Shown one piece after another: positions 42,709 through 52,072 of a stretch of 58,653 nt of DNA; the first letter of the stretch is position 1; the number at the start of each line of letters is the position of its first letter. Both the position numbers and the translations under genes were made by a program. Source of the DNA: a virus. Location of the stretch: the IMG/VR virus record IMGVR_UViG_3300006217_000050. One strand, given 5' to 3'. Below the pieces are notes generated by a model. The model ran no database searches, had not been told where the DNA came from, and worked only from the letters and a program-made list of their open reading frames with translations.

Positions 42709-43146
42709 TTACCCTTTCCCTGCTTCTTCCCGCACAAGCCTCAGCCATTTATCCTTGTTTTGCTCTTTCGCTTTTTCGAACCAGTGGTCAGAAGTTCCAG
42801 GTTCGTGATATTGTATTTTTTTCCCGGTCGGATGCTTTGCCCTTCCAGGAGGAGAAAACCATCCAGTTATATTTCCCTCTGCATCTTTTATGGGAATGTT
42901 GGGACCGTAGACCTTGCCTTCATAAAGATAATGTGCATAGGGAGTATTATATTCTAATTCTCCGCCATATACACCTTCTGGGAAAATTGCACTTCTTCGT
43001 AGTTGCCCATTTAGATGTGGCACCAGTGGCTCGCAATCTGTGCGGACGGCCAAATTCAATACTTTCTGACATTCTTTCATATTGCGGTCAATGCGATTTG
43101 TATCAAATTTTATATCAACATTCCCCACATGCTGTCTGATTCGCAT
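42709..43146 (-). CDS. Minor capsid protein-like
   Basis: About 145 aa. YAHYLYEGKVYGP pattern. Start could instead be GTG 43161. Confidence 0.5.
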   Translation of the reverse strand: MRIRQHVGNVDIKFDTNRIDRNMKECQKVLNLAVRTDCEPLVPHLNGQLRRSAIFPEGVYGGELEYNTPYAHYLYEGKVYGPNIPIKDAEGNITGWFSPPGRAKHPTGKKIQYHEPGTSDHWFEKAKEQNKDKWLRLVREEAGKG

Positions 43147-43157
43147 AAATCTATACC

Positions 43158-43451
43158 TCACTCTTTATTTTTCATGAATTCCAGAATAAATGCCAAATTA
43201 CACGCGGCATGGTACAGATGTGGAAATCCGCTTTCTTCATCTTTCTTGCCAATATCCTCAAAGCAGGGAAGAATATGCCTGAGCATAGCATCAAAATATC
43301 TCTCAATTTCCACATTCTTCCAATTCTCTCTCCCCCCGTATTTCTTTACTCCATATTCTCTGATCTTTGCAATATCATATATAATAGCAGTAGGGACAAG
43401 TGAAATTTGGAGCTTTCCGTCATCGGATTTTACACTCTGATCGTAATCCAT
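43158..43451 (-). CDS. dATP/dGTP diphosphohydrolase-like (DUF5664, all-alpha MazG-type) protein
   Basis: ATG 43451. DDGKLQISLVPTAIIYDIAKIREYGVKKYGGRENW...AMLRHI...DEESGFPHLYHAACNLAFILEF fits the family signature as I recall it. Confidence 0.6.
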   Translation of the reverse strand: MDYDQSVKSDDGKLQISLVPTAIIYDIAKIREYGVKKYGGRENWKNVEIERYFDAMLRHILPCFEDIGKKDEESGFPHLYHAACNLAFILEFMKNKE

Positions 43452-43452
43452 G

Positions 43453-44925
43453 CTATTCCTCCCCAAATAATCCCTCTTTCGGCTCATTCTCGCTCTTGGC
43501 TTCTGCCACAATAGCCCGCGCTTCTTCTTCCGTGAACCCTTCGTTATGCACCAAATAATACCACTTGGGATAAAATCCCTTATCCGTCAACAGCAACGCC
43601 CTTGACCGATCTTCCTCAGCGTTTCTCGTAAGGTCTGCAAAGTCCGCATATATTTCATAGTTCCCAAACTCGCTAGGAGCTGATTCTCCGTTGATAACGG
43701 ACATAGCGTCCATTATATAGGCTATGTCATGGATAGCCCCTATACGGCCGTCTCCGTTGCTGTCAGGGCATGATAGAATGTCCCGGTAATCTCCAACCGT
43801 ATTGATTGTGCGCCGCTCCGTTGCTTCTACCTGGGTAGCAGTAGCAACGGAAATAGTCTGTCCGTTAAAGACAAAATATCCTGGGTCGAACCCGGTCTTG
43901 TAAGAAATGATAGAAAGCAGGAAATTTATGCCGTCTGTCCGGCTCGCCACCTGGAGCTGCGGCTGCCACTGCTCAAATGGCTTTCCGCCATCCAAGTCAT
44001 CTGCACCAACGTCTTTGAGCACAAGCCTTGGCAGCTTAATCCCATGTGTTTCCGCATACTGTATGGCAGACTGCCCAACAATCATTTTGGGTGCCGAATC
44101 CTCAGTTTCGATTCCCATAGTACTCATGGCAATATCCAGCCAGCGCAATTCCTCAATACATTCGGAAAAGCAGGATACTCCCAGGGGGCTGTCGGGGTCT
44201 ATGGTGTTGCTGTATGGGTTCTTTATGTACACGAACAAAGGCTTTTCAAGGTTCTCCGCTGTAAACTCTGGCGCAATGTCCGCCCACTTAGTATTCTTAA
44301 GAGAAATTTCCCGTCCGATCTGGTCTTGCTGGTCCGACACAAAGGCTTTGTTGGACACCCAGTAAATGCGGACCGATACCATTTCTCCGGCTTCGTTCTT
44401 CTGTGTGCCATCCTCGAACCTGTGCCATTCTGCCCTGGTGTAGAACTTTTTTTCTTTCTGATAGTACGAGAAAAATATCGCCCCGGTCACTTCCCCATTA
44501 CTGTCAAATTCAGTCACAAGAAAGCGATCCGGCGGTATGTAGTCCATGCCATCACCGTTCCATTTCGCCATCACGCCGCCAAGCCGAATCACCTTTTCCA
44601 TGTTTTCCTGGGCATTCTTTAGGAAATGGTCATCAATGGCTTTCTGGATTTTTGTTGCAGTTTCCCCGGTTCCATACTTAGCCTGCACCTTAATGTCAAT
44701 GTTCTGCGTGACCAGCTTAGACAGTTCCCTGGCCACAGTGTTTGAAAAGCGGATTGTTCGGGTATCGCCTTCAACCCACGGCGGCTTTCCACTCTCCAAC
44801 TGCCCCCACAGCTTGATAGCAGCGTCCATTTCCGGCGAAAGGTACGTTTCCACACCGAAAGCCTTTTCAGCGTCCGTTTTAAACAGCATTTTGAATTTCT
44901 CCTTTATCCATGTTATCAGTCCCAT
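43453..44925 (-). CDS. Portal protein
   Basis: 490 aa, by size and position in the packaging module. Confidence 0.75.
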   Translation of the reverse strand: MGLITWIKEKFKMLFKTDAEKAFGVETYLSPEMDAAIKLWGQLESGKPPWVEGDTRTIRFSNTVARELSKLVTQNIDIKVQAKYGTGETATKIQKAIDDHFLKNAQENMEKVIRLGGVMAKWNGDGMDYIPPDRFLVTEFDSNGEVTGAIFFSYYQKEKKFYTRAEWHRFEDGTQKNEAGEMVSVRIYWVSNKAFVSDQQDQIGREISLKNTKWADIAPEFTAENLEKPLFVYIKNPYSNTIDPDSPLGVSCFSECIEELRWLDIAMSTMGIETEDSAPKMIVGQSAIQYAETHGIKLPRLVLKDVGADDLDGGKPFEQWQPQLQVASRTDGINFLLSIISYKTGFDPGYFVFNGQTISVATATQVEATERRTINTVGDYRDILSCPDSNGDGRIGAIHDIAYIMDAMSVINGESAPSEFGNYEIYADFADLTRNAEEDRSRALLLTDKGFYPKWYYLVHNEGFTEEEARAIVAEAKSENEPKEGLFGEE

Positions 44926-44946
44926 TTAATCAAACCTCAATCTGCT

Positions 44947-45246
44947 TTACTTAATCGTTCCATTCATCTTTGCTGCAAGCACATCTTTCAAGTGCTGTTC
45001 TGGATTGTTTTTGTAATATTCCGCTTTCTGCTCTGCCATCTCAAAATATTCGTATAAAGGCTTGTAGTTCGTACTGTTTTTCACTTTTTCCCTCATACTG
45101 GACACTTCTTCCCTCGTGACAATACCTTTTGAAACCAAAAGCTGTAAAATTAGCTGCGTTTCCACTTTCACATCTAACAGCAGTTTCTTTTCATTGATTT
45201 CATTCAATGCTGTGTCCATATCATAATTCGCATTTCTGCTTAACAT
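44947..45246 (-). CDS. hypothetical protein
   Basis: 99-aa ORF. Confidence 0.5.
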   Translation of the reverse strand: MLSRNANYDMDTALNEINEKKLLLDVKVETQLILQLLVSKGIVTREEVSSMREKVKNSTNYKPLYEYFEMAEQKAEYYKNNPEQHLKDVLAAKMNGTIK

Positions 45247-45437
45247 TTTCCCATTCCTCCGTTATATTCTTCCAACTTCTGCACCTGCCGCAGTTCCCTT
45301 TTATCGTTCTTATGTGTCCGATTCCTCTTGCACCACTCACAGCCGCCATGATTCCGACACGACTTCGCTATAGCTTTCGCTCCCCGGTATGGCTTGCGGT
45401 GTTCTTTGCCGTGGGTGATGGATTTGTTAAGGCTCAT
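45240..45437 (-). CDS. small basic Cys/His-rich protein
   Basis: ATG 45437. HGKEHRKPYRGAKAIAKSCRNHGGCEWCKRNRTHK. Confidence 0.45.
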   Translation of the reverse strand: MSLNKSITHGKEHRKPYRGAKAIAKSCRNHGGCEWCKRNRTHKNDKRELRQVQKLEEYNGGMGKC

Positions 45438-45798
45438 GGTATGGCTCCGGCTGTGGCATCCATGCCAATACATTCTCACACAGAATATATCCTTCTTCCT
45501 CGGTATAAAAATATCCTTCTGTATCGGCTCTATATCCCTTATAAACATCAAGACCTCTTGTTGATAGTAGAACGTCACACTCTATTTCCGGCAGATTCTT
45601 CCCATCACCGCAGTATATCCACCCGCCGCCGCGATCCTCCGCTGACCGCTCCATATCTGCCAGCTTTGCGGAGAGGGACTCTATGGTGTCGGCGGCTTCC
45701 CTAAAACGCTCTACTGCCAAAGAAATAGGCATATTATGCCCAATAGACAAATTGTTTGCTATTGCTCTCAATTCCTTTACCTGTTCGCTAATGCTCAT
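45427..45798 (-). CDS. DUF551-like protein
   Basis: ATG 45798. C-terminal GGGWIYCGDGKNLPEIECDVLLS...LAWMPQPEPY. Confidence 0.5.
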   Translation of the reverse strand: MSISEQVKELRAIANNLSIGHNMPISLAVERFREAADTIESLSAKLADMERSAEDRGGGWIYCGDGKNLPEIECDVLLSTRGLDVYKGYRADTEGYFYTEEEGYILCENVLAWMPQPEPYHEP

Positions 45799-45802
45799 TC
45801 TG

Positions 45803-46144
45803 TCAATCCTCCACTGTACCGATTCTTTTTGAAAGTTCCTTATAATCAGACACTTTACAACGCTTCGATTGCTTGACATATTCAATATCTTCTGTCTTAA
45901 AATGACCGATTTCCCCACTGTCAATAAGCATTTCCATAACACCAATAAGCTGATAATATTCATTCAGAATATCTATCGCATTATCTTTCTCTGGTGTCTC
46001 TGGGTTGTAATTATGAAACCCAAAACGCAACGCCTTGCTTAATGCCTGTTGCAGTTCTGCGCATTCCTCCATAACTACCACGCACAAATTTTCTGTCTCT
46101 TTCATTTCCCTATCCTCTCCTTGCCACATTGGCAGATGTTTCAA
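45803..46144 (-). CDS. MazG-like nucleotide pyrophosphohydrolase
   Basis: VVMEECAELQQALSKALRFG helix pair typical of small phage MazG proteins. Confidence 0.55.
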   Translation of the reverse strand: MKHLPMWQGEDREMKETENLCVVVMEECAELQQALSKALRFGFHNYNPETPEKDNAIDILNEYYQLIGVMEMLIDSGEIGHFKTEDIEYVKQSKRCKVSDYKELSKRIGTVED

Positions 46145-46455
46145 TCTATGCCGCCAGATTTTACAGTTTTAGCCGCATCTCTATACGCCGCTGCTTTTCC
46201 TTGTAATTCTGTTGCAGTCCCCCAATTTCCCACCTGTGCAAGTTCGTCTGCTTCGCTCTGAAAATATTTTGCGTCTTCTTCCAACCGCCCCACAACCTTA
46301 TCCACATCATAGGCAGTAGATTGGCCGTCAATAAGTTCCGATATTTTCTCTATGGGAAGCGCCCTATATCCGGCCTTGCCATAGGTAAGTATAATCTCCT
46401 TAAATTCATCTGCATCGATTAAACGTGGCATCTCATATCTTTCCCTTTCTACCAC
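46141..46455 (-). CDS. hypothetical protein
   Basis: 104-aa ORF. Confidence 0.5.
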   Translation of the reverse strand: MVERERYEMPRLIDADEFKEIILTYGKAGYRALPIEKISELIDGQSTAYDVDKVVGRLEEDAKYFQSEADELAQVGNWGTATELQGKAAAYRDAAKTVKSGGID

Positions 46456-46464
46456 ATAGCAATT

Positions 46465-47805
46465 TTAATACTTCCACCTCAACCGCCGCCGCAGGAATGT
46501 ATAGCATAAATAGCGTATCTGGTCACACTGGTGGTCATTCTCCTTTATAACAGCGTCTTCTGGGCTTTCCATGTCCCAGGAATACAATCCCATTTCACTC
46601 ATTACCGATTCGCAATCTTCATAAAAGCTGATAATTCCTTTGTTCAGCATGGTTGTGACAACCCGTATTCCGTCCAGTACATCATTTTCCGCACCCTTGG
46701 CAATGTATTTCCCATGCTTCTTGATTGTTTCGATAAATGAAGCGGCGGACGGGTCAACGATTATAAAAGACACTTTCCTATCCCCGATCAGTTTGCATAG
46801 TTCCTGATAATGCGTTTCATCATCGCGCCTTACCCCGGTTTCGCGGCTGTCATAGTAATATTCGTACTCCATTTGTGCGTGCCGGCCATCAAACGCCCAT
46901 AAGCCTGCTGCAAATGGGTTGACCGTTCCATAGTCGATAGATGCCACCCATTCTTTCGCCCCGGTCATATGCTTATCAGAAACGTGCTTGTCCTCGTCAA
47001 ACATGGAGTAGACAAGACCCTCTGCCACACACCACTCACCAAGAATATAGCGCTTATAGAACACTCCCTTATACATTGAGCGATAACGGTTCTTTATTTT
47101 CTCACTCAAAGACAAATTATCATCCATTGTGAAGTGAAGATATATCAGATTCTTTTCGCCGCTCTGATCTATCCAATCAGTTTTAAAGAAGTGTTTCGGG
47201 TCGCCCGGATTGCAGTTAAAGAAATACTTTGAACCCTCAACGGAACACCGTCCAGTTGCCTGATTCACAAAGGACTGCGGCATTAAGGCAACCTCATCAA
47301 AGAAGAATCCTGCCGCAGTAATTCCCTGTACTAAATCCTGCGAACGCTCGTTGTTTCCGCCGAAAATGTAAAAGTAATTTGTCTTATTTCTCTTGCTGAT
47401 AATGAGATAATGGTCGTCGCCCCTATGGTCTATGACTGTATATCCTCTGCTTTTCAACATCAGCTTCAGCCAAAATATGACGTTTCTACGGAAAGAAGCT
47501 ATTGTTTTCCCTGCCATTCCAAATATCTGCAGGTTATATGTATCCATTGCCCAGAACACATAGGACAGTGACATGGAGAGCGTTTTCCCGCTCCTGATTG
47601 CCCCGTCTGCTATAATCCCGTCCATGTCCTTGACTGGGCTTGCAGGACACCACCATGTGAGGACTTTCTTCTGTTTGGTGGAAAACGGCTTGAACTGGAA
47701 GCCCTGCTTCTGCACCTTTGCCTTCATGGCGGCGGCACGTTTTGCTATGCCTTTGCGGATATTTTCTATCCTGGTGTTGATGTCGTTCAAACTGTTTCGC
47801 TCCAA
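46465..47805 (-). CDS. terL: Terminase large subunit
   Basis: 446 aa. Walker A-like DGAIRSGKT, Walker B-like FFFDE, C-terminal nuclease-size domain. Confidence 0.85.
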   Translation of the reverse strand: MERNSLNDINTRIENIRKGIAKRAAAMKAKVQKQGFQFKPFSTKQKKVLTWWCPASPVKDMDGIIADGAIRSGKTLSMSLSYVFWAMDTYNLQIFGMAGKTIASFRRNVIFWLKLMLKSRGYTVIDHRGDDHYLIISKRNKTNYFYIFGGNNERSQDLVQGITAAGFFFDEVALMPQSFVNQATGRCSVEGSKYFFNCNPGDPKHFFKTDWIDQSGEKNLIYLHFTMDDNLSLSEKIKNRYRSMYKGVFYKRYILGEWCVAEGLVYSMFDEDKHVSDKHMTGAKEWVASIDYGTVNPFAAGLWAFDGRHAQMEYEYYYDSRETGVRRDDETHYQELCKLIGDRKVSFIIVDPSAASFIETIKKHGKYIAKGAENDVLDGIRVVTTMLNKGIISFYEDCESVMSEMGLYSWDMESPEDAVIKENDHQCDQIRYLCYTFLRRRLRWKY

Positions 47806-48146
47806 TCAATAGCCTGCCCGCATTCATGACAATATTTTCGTTTTCCTTTTCTCCAAAATCCTTCATAAGTCCAATCTACATTGCTATCACAAGTAGGGCA
47901 ACATGCAAGTTTATCTGTATCATTTTGTCCTGTGGTTATATTTGGTTTCTTTGGTATTTGCTTTTCCCTTGCCTCCCGACATTCCTCGACTGTGCCGATT
48001 GCAATATATTCCTCTAATGCAGATACCACTAATGCATCTGCGCAATAGCATTTTCCATCTTTGTAACTTCCGCATTCGCCCTCACAGTTATCAAGACATA
48101 ATTCGTTATTATTTTTTAATGATTCAATCGCTTCCAGAATCTCCAT
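47787..48146 (-). CDS. Cys-rich zinc-ribbon-like protein
   Basis: 119 aa. CCPTCD ... CHECG pairs. Confidence 0.5.
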   Translation of the reverse strand: MEILEAIESLKNNNELCLDNCEGECGSYKDGKCYCADALVVSALEEYIAIGTVEECREAREKQIPKKPNITTGQNDTDKLACCPTCDSNVDWTYEGFWRKGKRKYCHECGQAIDWSETV

Positions 48147-48645
48147 CTTCCTCTACCTCGCTTTCCTCCCACACTTCCGCCGCCGTTCCGTTTAGCGCGT
48201 CCATGAAATTATCTTCTGCTTCCTCCTCCGGCTGGCTATCCTTGACTTGGCTCTCCAGCTTCAGGAGTTCGATTTCAAGCTTCTGTTTATCCAACTGGTG
48301 TTTCATTGGATTGTTAATGAATTTATCTATCACAATCCCCATAGCAGTAGCAATCTCTGACAGCTTCGCCGCTTCTATTTTCTCTGGCTTTTTCAGCGCT
48401 TCTATATAAGCATCCAATACATCTTTCGCTTTCTCTTTTCTGGAATCCAGATAATCCAAAATTTCGGCGGTGTTCTGTTCTCTTTTTTGTGTACACTTCT
48501 GTACAGTTTCCGGATTTCCTGTACACACTGACCTTACAGTCATTGCGGATACGCCAAATTTCTTTGCTGTAGCCCTGTAGCTGCCAGATTCAGCATAATC
48601 TGCAATCATTTCTTTTTTCTGTTTATCCGTCAGCCTGGCAGCCAC
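48124..48645 (-). CDS. terS: Terminase small subunit
   Basis: 173 aa. N-terminal HTH (SYRATAKKFGVSAMTVRS), acidic C-terminus, upstream of terL. Confidence 0.7.
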   Translation of the reverse strand: MAARLTDKQKKEMIADYAESGSYRATAKKFGVSAMTVRSVCTGNPETVQKCTQKREQNTAEILDYLDSRKEKAKDVLDAYIEALKKPEKIEAAKLSEIATAMGIVIDKFINNPMKHQLDKQKLEIELLKLESQVKDSQPEEEAEDNFMDALNGTAAEVWEESEVEEDGDSGSD

Positions 48646-48681
48646 TTCTCATCACCTCAATCTGCAAATACTTTCTGCCTG

Positions 48682-48909
48682 TCATTCCGTAATCAAATCA
48701 AGGAAAACAATATCATTTGCGACAGGCATAACGATTCTTCCGTCTGGTAACTCTACAATTGCAACAGAATAATTTCCGGGTCCGCTATCACAAAATTCCT
48801 CATAGTTCATTCCCCATTCATGGAAATAACCCAATTCAAAATCCATGCTATGCCATTTCCCATTTTCATATATGTTACATTTCCCTTTACATCTTCTCAA
48901 TTTATTCAT
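48682..48909 (-). CDS. hypothetical protein, GYFHxWG-motif family
   Basis: GYFHEWG...VAIVELPDGRIVMPVANDIVFLD. Confidence 0.5.
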   Translation of the reverse strand: MNKLRRCKGKCNIYENGKWHSMDFELGYFHEWGMNYEEFCDSGPGNYSVAIVELPDGRIVMPVANDIVFLDLITE

Positions 48910-48927
48910 TTCCCTATCCTTTCCCTG

Positions 48928-49515
48928 TCATTCTCCTACTTCTTTCAATGCTGCTTCAGCTTCTTTTCTGGTGAGGAAAAACCGTTTTCCAAGGTCTGAA
49001 ATCTGAAACTGCGTCATATGCCCGGCACCGATTTCAACATTTATGAAACCTCCTGTGCTGTTGATTCCAATAAACACGACTTCTGCAGCGTATGGCCTAC
49101 CTTTTTCCCTGAAATACCACCCCTTCATTGAATGGTTTGTATATACCGTATCCCCCACTGCGCAGGGCAGTTTCAGCAGTTTTCCTTGTTCCTCTAAGTC
49201 CTCGTAATATTTCAGACGCTCCCTCAGCCCCGCCATTGCCCACAAATTACGGTAAAACAACGCAATCAGCCCCTCTATGCTGTCCGTGCCATCCTCAAGA
49301 CAAGCCGTAATATATTCCTCAAAGTCTTCGTCGCAAGTGAAAGCGTCATCTCCATCCGCAAAGTCTTTCAAAAGCTTCCTTGCCAGTATCCTGGCATCCA
49401 CCTCCACGCCATAATCCCTATACCATGCCGATCTATCCTTGACAAAGCAGGAATTATATGCCAGTTCTACCATTCCCATTTCTGATACTGACTTATTGCT
49501 TGTCAATCTCTCCAT
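48928..49515 (-). CDS. hypothetical protein
   Basis: ATG 49515 preceded by GGAGGGGAAGG, downstream of P11. Confidence 0.55.
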   Translation of the reverse strand: MERLTSNKSVSEMGMVELAYNSCFVKDRSAWYRDYGVEVDARILARKLLKDFADGDDAFTCDEDFEEYITACLEDGTDSIEGLIALFYRNLWAMAGLRERLKYYEDLEEQGKLLKLPCAVGDTVYTNHSMKGWYFREKGRPYAAEVVFIGINSTGGFINVEIGAGHMTQFQISDLGKRFFLTRKEAEAALKEVGE

Positions 49516-49557
49516 ATTTCCCTTCCCCTCCACAATCCCCCTAAATCCCCTAATGAT

Positions 49558-49591
49558 ATTATACAGGAGATTTTAGAGAGAGTTGTACCAA
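49558..49591 (-). promoter_or_regulatory. Promoter-like element P11 (TTGGTACAA-N19-TATAAT)
   Basis: Minus strand, at the head of the block leading to terS/terL. Confidence 0.6.
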
Positions 49592-49592
49592 A

Positions 49593-50126
49593 TTATACCC
49601 TTCTGTTCCACAATTCTATGGCATCGGTTGAGTTTGAGGAATATGTACCATTAATCGAAGCTGTATTCATGTAGCAGTCTTCACATTGAATTACAAATCC
49701 TTCATCTCCACCAAGTCTTAATTCTTGCACTACCATAATCTTCGCTTTTCCACCGCAGAACGGACACGGTTTCAGCTCTATATCTTGTTTGTCAAGTCTG
49801 TCCCCAAGTGATGTGCGAAGATATTCTAAATCCCAGTCATTGTTATCAATAACAATTTTCGGAATCCAAAACTGATGCCTCAATCCATAGTCTATAATGA
49901 TTCCGCTTTCATCTTCAAATGCTCTGACCGAAAGCTTCTCTGCGCTCAATCCGCATTTCCCTACTTCCACAAAAAATTGCTGCATAGAAATGCTTTGGCT
50001 TATCCCTTGCCACTCATACCAATAAGACACATGGGCATCATCAGCAACATCCCTAAAACATATAACTTCAGGATTATCGTATGCGTGATGACATATTCCA
50101 TTGATCCCCTCTACCCTAAAACTCAC
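49593..50126 (-). CDS. Lar-like restriction-alleviation zinc-ribbon domain fused to an N-terminal unknown domain
   Basis: C-terminus LKPCPFCGGKAKIMV...IQCEDCYMNT...AIELWNRRV. Confidence 0.55.
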   Translation of the reverse strand: MSFRVEGINGICHHAYDNPEVICFRDVADDAHVSYWYEWQGISQSISMQQFFVEVGKCGLSAEKLSVRAFEDESGIIIDYGLRHQFWIPKIVIDNNDWDLEYLRTSLGDRLDKQDIELKPCPFCGGKAKIMVVQELRLGGDEGFVIQCEDCYMNTASINGTYSSNSTDAIELWNRRV

Positions 50127-50578
50127 TTCCCTATCCTCCTAACCTCCAAATCAAACAGATGATAAAACAGCCGCCTGTACCCATAAAAGTCTGTCTGGCA
50201 GACGCATATCCTGCCTAATTTCCTATCAAACTCTATCTTGCCATAGCTTTTCTTTTGTGTTACTGATTTGATGATATACTCCGCGATCTCTTCACTGGCC
50301 TGGTATGCGGCCTGCCTGACTAAGCCTCGGTACTTACCTGACTGGCAAAGGAGATAAAGCTTTTTCCGGTAAGCCTTATCCCCAAGGCCATATGATTCCC
50401 ATGAGGCCCGGGGAGCAGGATTGCTCTGCTTCCCCGTATCTTGGACAAAAATGCTCTCCTGCCGGAAGCCCTGATATTGCTCGCAGACTGATACTTTACC
50501 TTTACAATTTTTACGCTTGCAACACGTCCCCAAGCAAGTATCGCACAGACAGGTACCACATTTTGTCCGCATAATCAC
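50123..50578 (-). CDS. Cys-rich protein with a C-terminal HTH-like segment (possible RinA/ArpU-type late regulator)
   Basis: N-terminus CGTCLCDTCLGTCCKRKNC. C-terminus ...ICVCQTDFYGYRRLFYHLF. Confidence 0.35.
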   Translation of the reverse strand: MIMRTKCGTCLCDTCLGTCCKRKNCKGKVSVCEQYQGFRQESIFVQDTGKQSNPAPRASWESYGLGDKAYRKKLYLLCQSGKYRGLVRQAAYQASEEIAEYIIKSVTQKKSYGKIEFDRKLGRICVCQTDFYGYRRLFYHLFDLEVRRIGK

Positions 50579-50614
50579 ACCCCCAAATCAAATAAAGACA
50601 TTTGCGTATAATGC

Positions 50615-52018
50615 TCATAGTTCATCCAGATTACTTCCTGCCTCTGTTTTCCTCCCTCTGCACAACTCAGGCAGGTTCGCTTTGACCAATGCCGCTGGTA
50701 TGGGAGGACACACCGCATTTCCGCACCGCTTTACCTGTTCACTCTTTGGATAGTTCTTCCAAGTATAATCCCTAGCAATAACGTAATCATCCGGAAAGCC
50801 TTGGCACCCATACAATTCTTTCGGACTCAGCATCCGTAGCCCAATATCTGATATCTTATAGTCCTCCCCTTGGATAGTCACCAAGCCGAACCTGTCCTGT
50901 GCCGTCACCGTGCCCAGCGGCTCCTTTATGTCCTGTCCAGTACCCTGCCCATAATATTTAATCAGATAAGCCCTAACCTCTCCAAAGTGCCCTGGAGAAC
51001 ATGTGACCGTATGCAACGGCTCCCTCAAGTCTTGTCCTATACCACTTTTATAAAATTTACTCAGGAACGATGTTACCAGTCCATACCGATTGGATGTGTC
51101 TACTGTCATGATGGGATCTTCTATCCCCTGTCCACGAACTTCATCCTTCGATGTCTCAAAGTGATATTGTATTAATACCGGAGATAACATCTTTTCGCCC
51201 TCTTGTACAACATATGGGTCAGGATTATCCAACACAAACTTCTTTATTCCTCTGGCGATCCTGTCCATGGTCTTTTCTGCCAGCGGCCTGACCGCCCGGA
51301 TACCGTGTTTCTCCTTGATTTCCTCCGCTGTATCGAAAATGCTAGGGCACGGCAGGGAAAAGTCTATCTGAGTATATGCACCTATGTAAGGCTTCCGCAA
51401 GCCTGCTACAACCTCCAGACTGCCTGCCGGGGCGTGTGTCGGATCCGGCCAGACAATCGGCCTGCAGTCACATCTGGCAATCAGGAAGAACCGCTTGCGC
51501 ATTGTCGGCGCTCCATAGTCTGCCGCCGTCAACTCCCGGTGCTCTACTTGGTACCCCAGCTCCTGCAACTGGCTTATAAACTTCTGGAATGTTGTACCCT
51601 GTTTTGTCTTGATAGGTCTATGTCCCCGGTTCAGCGGCCCCCATGTCCTGAATTCCTCTACGTTTTCCAACATTATGACCCGCGGCCTGACCATTCCCGC
51701 CCACCGCAACACTACCCATGCAAGCCCCCGAATATTTTTGTTTTTGGGCTTGCCCCCTTTTGCCTTGGAGAAGTGCTTGCAATCCGGACTAAACCATGCC
51801 AGTGCTACAGGATGCCCTTCGCAGGCTCTTACCGGATCAACATCCCATACAGATTCACAGTAATGAGTTGCGCCCGGATGGTTGGTTTTATGCATCCGTA
51901 TGGCTTCTGGGTCATGGTTGATAGCAATATCCACGCTTACCCCTGTTGCCATCTCTATGCCTGTGCTGGCACCGCCGCCACCTGCGAAATTATCAACTAT
52001 CAGTTCGCCATTTATCAT
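50615..52018 (-). CDS. DNA (cytosine-5)-methyltransferase
   Basis: Motif I DNFAGGGGAS, motif IV-like SPDCKHFS, motif VI MLENVEEF. Confidence 0.8.
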   Translation of the reverse strand: MINGELIVDNFAGGGGASTGIEMATGVSVDIAINHDPEAIRMHKTNHPGATHYCESVWDVDPVRACEGHPVALAWFSPDCKHFSKAKGGKPKNKNIRGLAWVVLRWAGMVRPRVIMLENVEEFRTWGPLNRGHRPIKTKQGTTFQKFISQLQELGYQVEHRELTAADYGAPTMRKRFFLIARCDCRPIVWPDPTHAPAGSLEVVAGLRKPYIGAYTQIDFSLPCPSIFDTAEEIKEKHGIRAVRPLAEKTMDRIARGIKKFVLDNPDPYVVQEGEKMLSPVLIQYHFETSKDEVRGQGIEDPIMTVDTSNRYGLVTSFLSKFYKSGIGQDLREPLHTVTCSPGHFGEVRAYLIKYYGQGTGQDIKEPLGTVTAQDRFGLVTIQGEDYKISDIGLRMLSPKELYGCQGFPDDYVIARDYTWKNYPKSEQVKRCGNAVCPPIPAALVKANLPELCRGRKTEAGSNLDEL

Positions 52019-52072
52019 TTTCTTTATAGAGCCTGCTATAGCGTTGCCCCGGCCGGAGGCGGCTCCTTTCCT

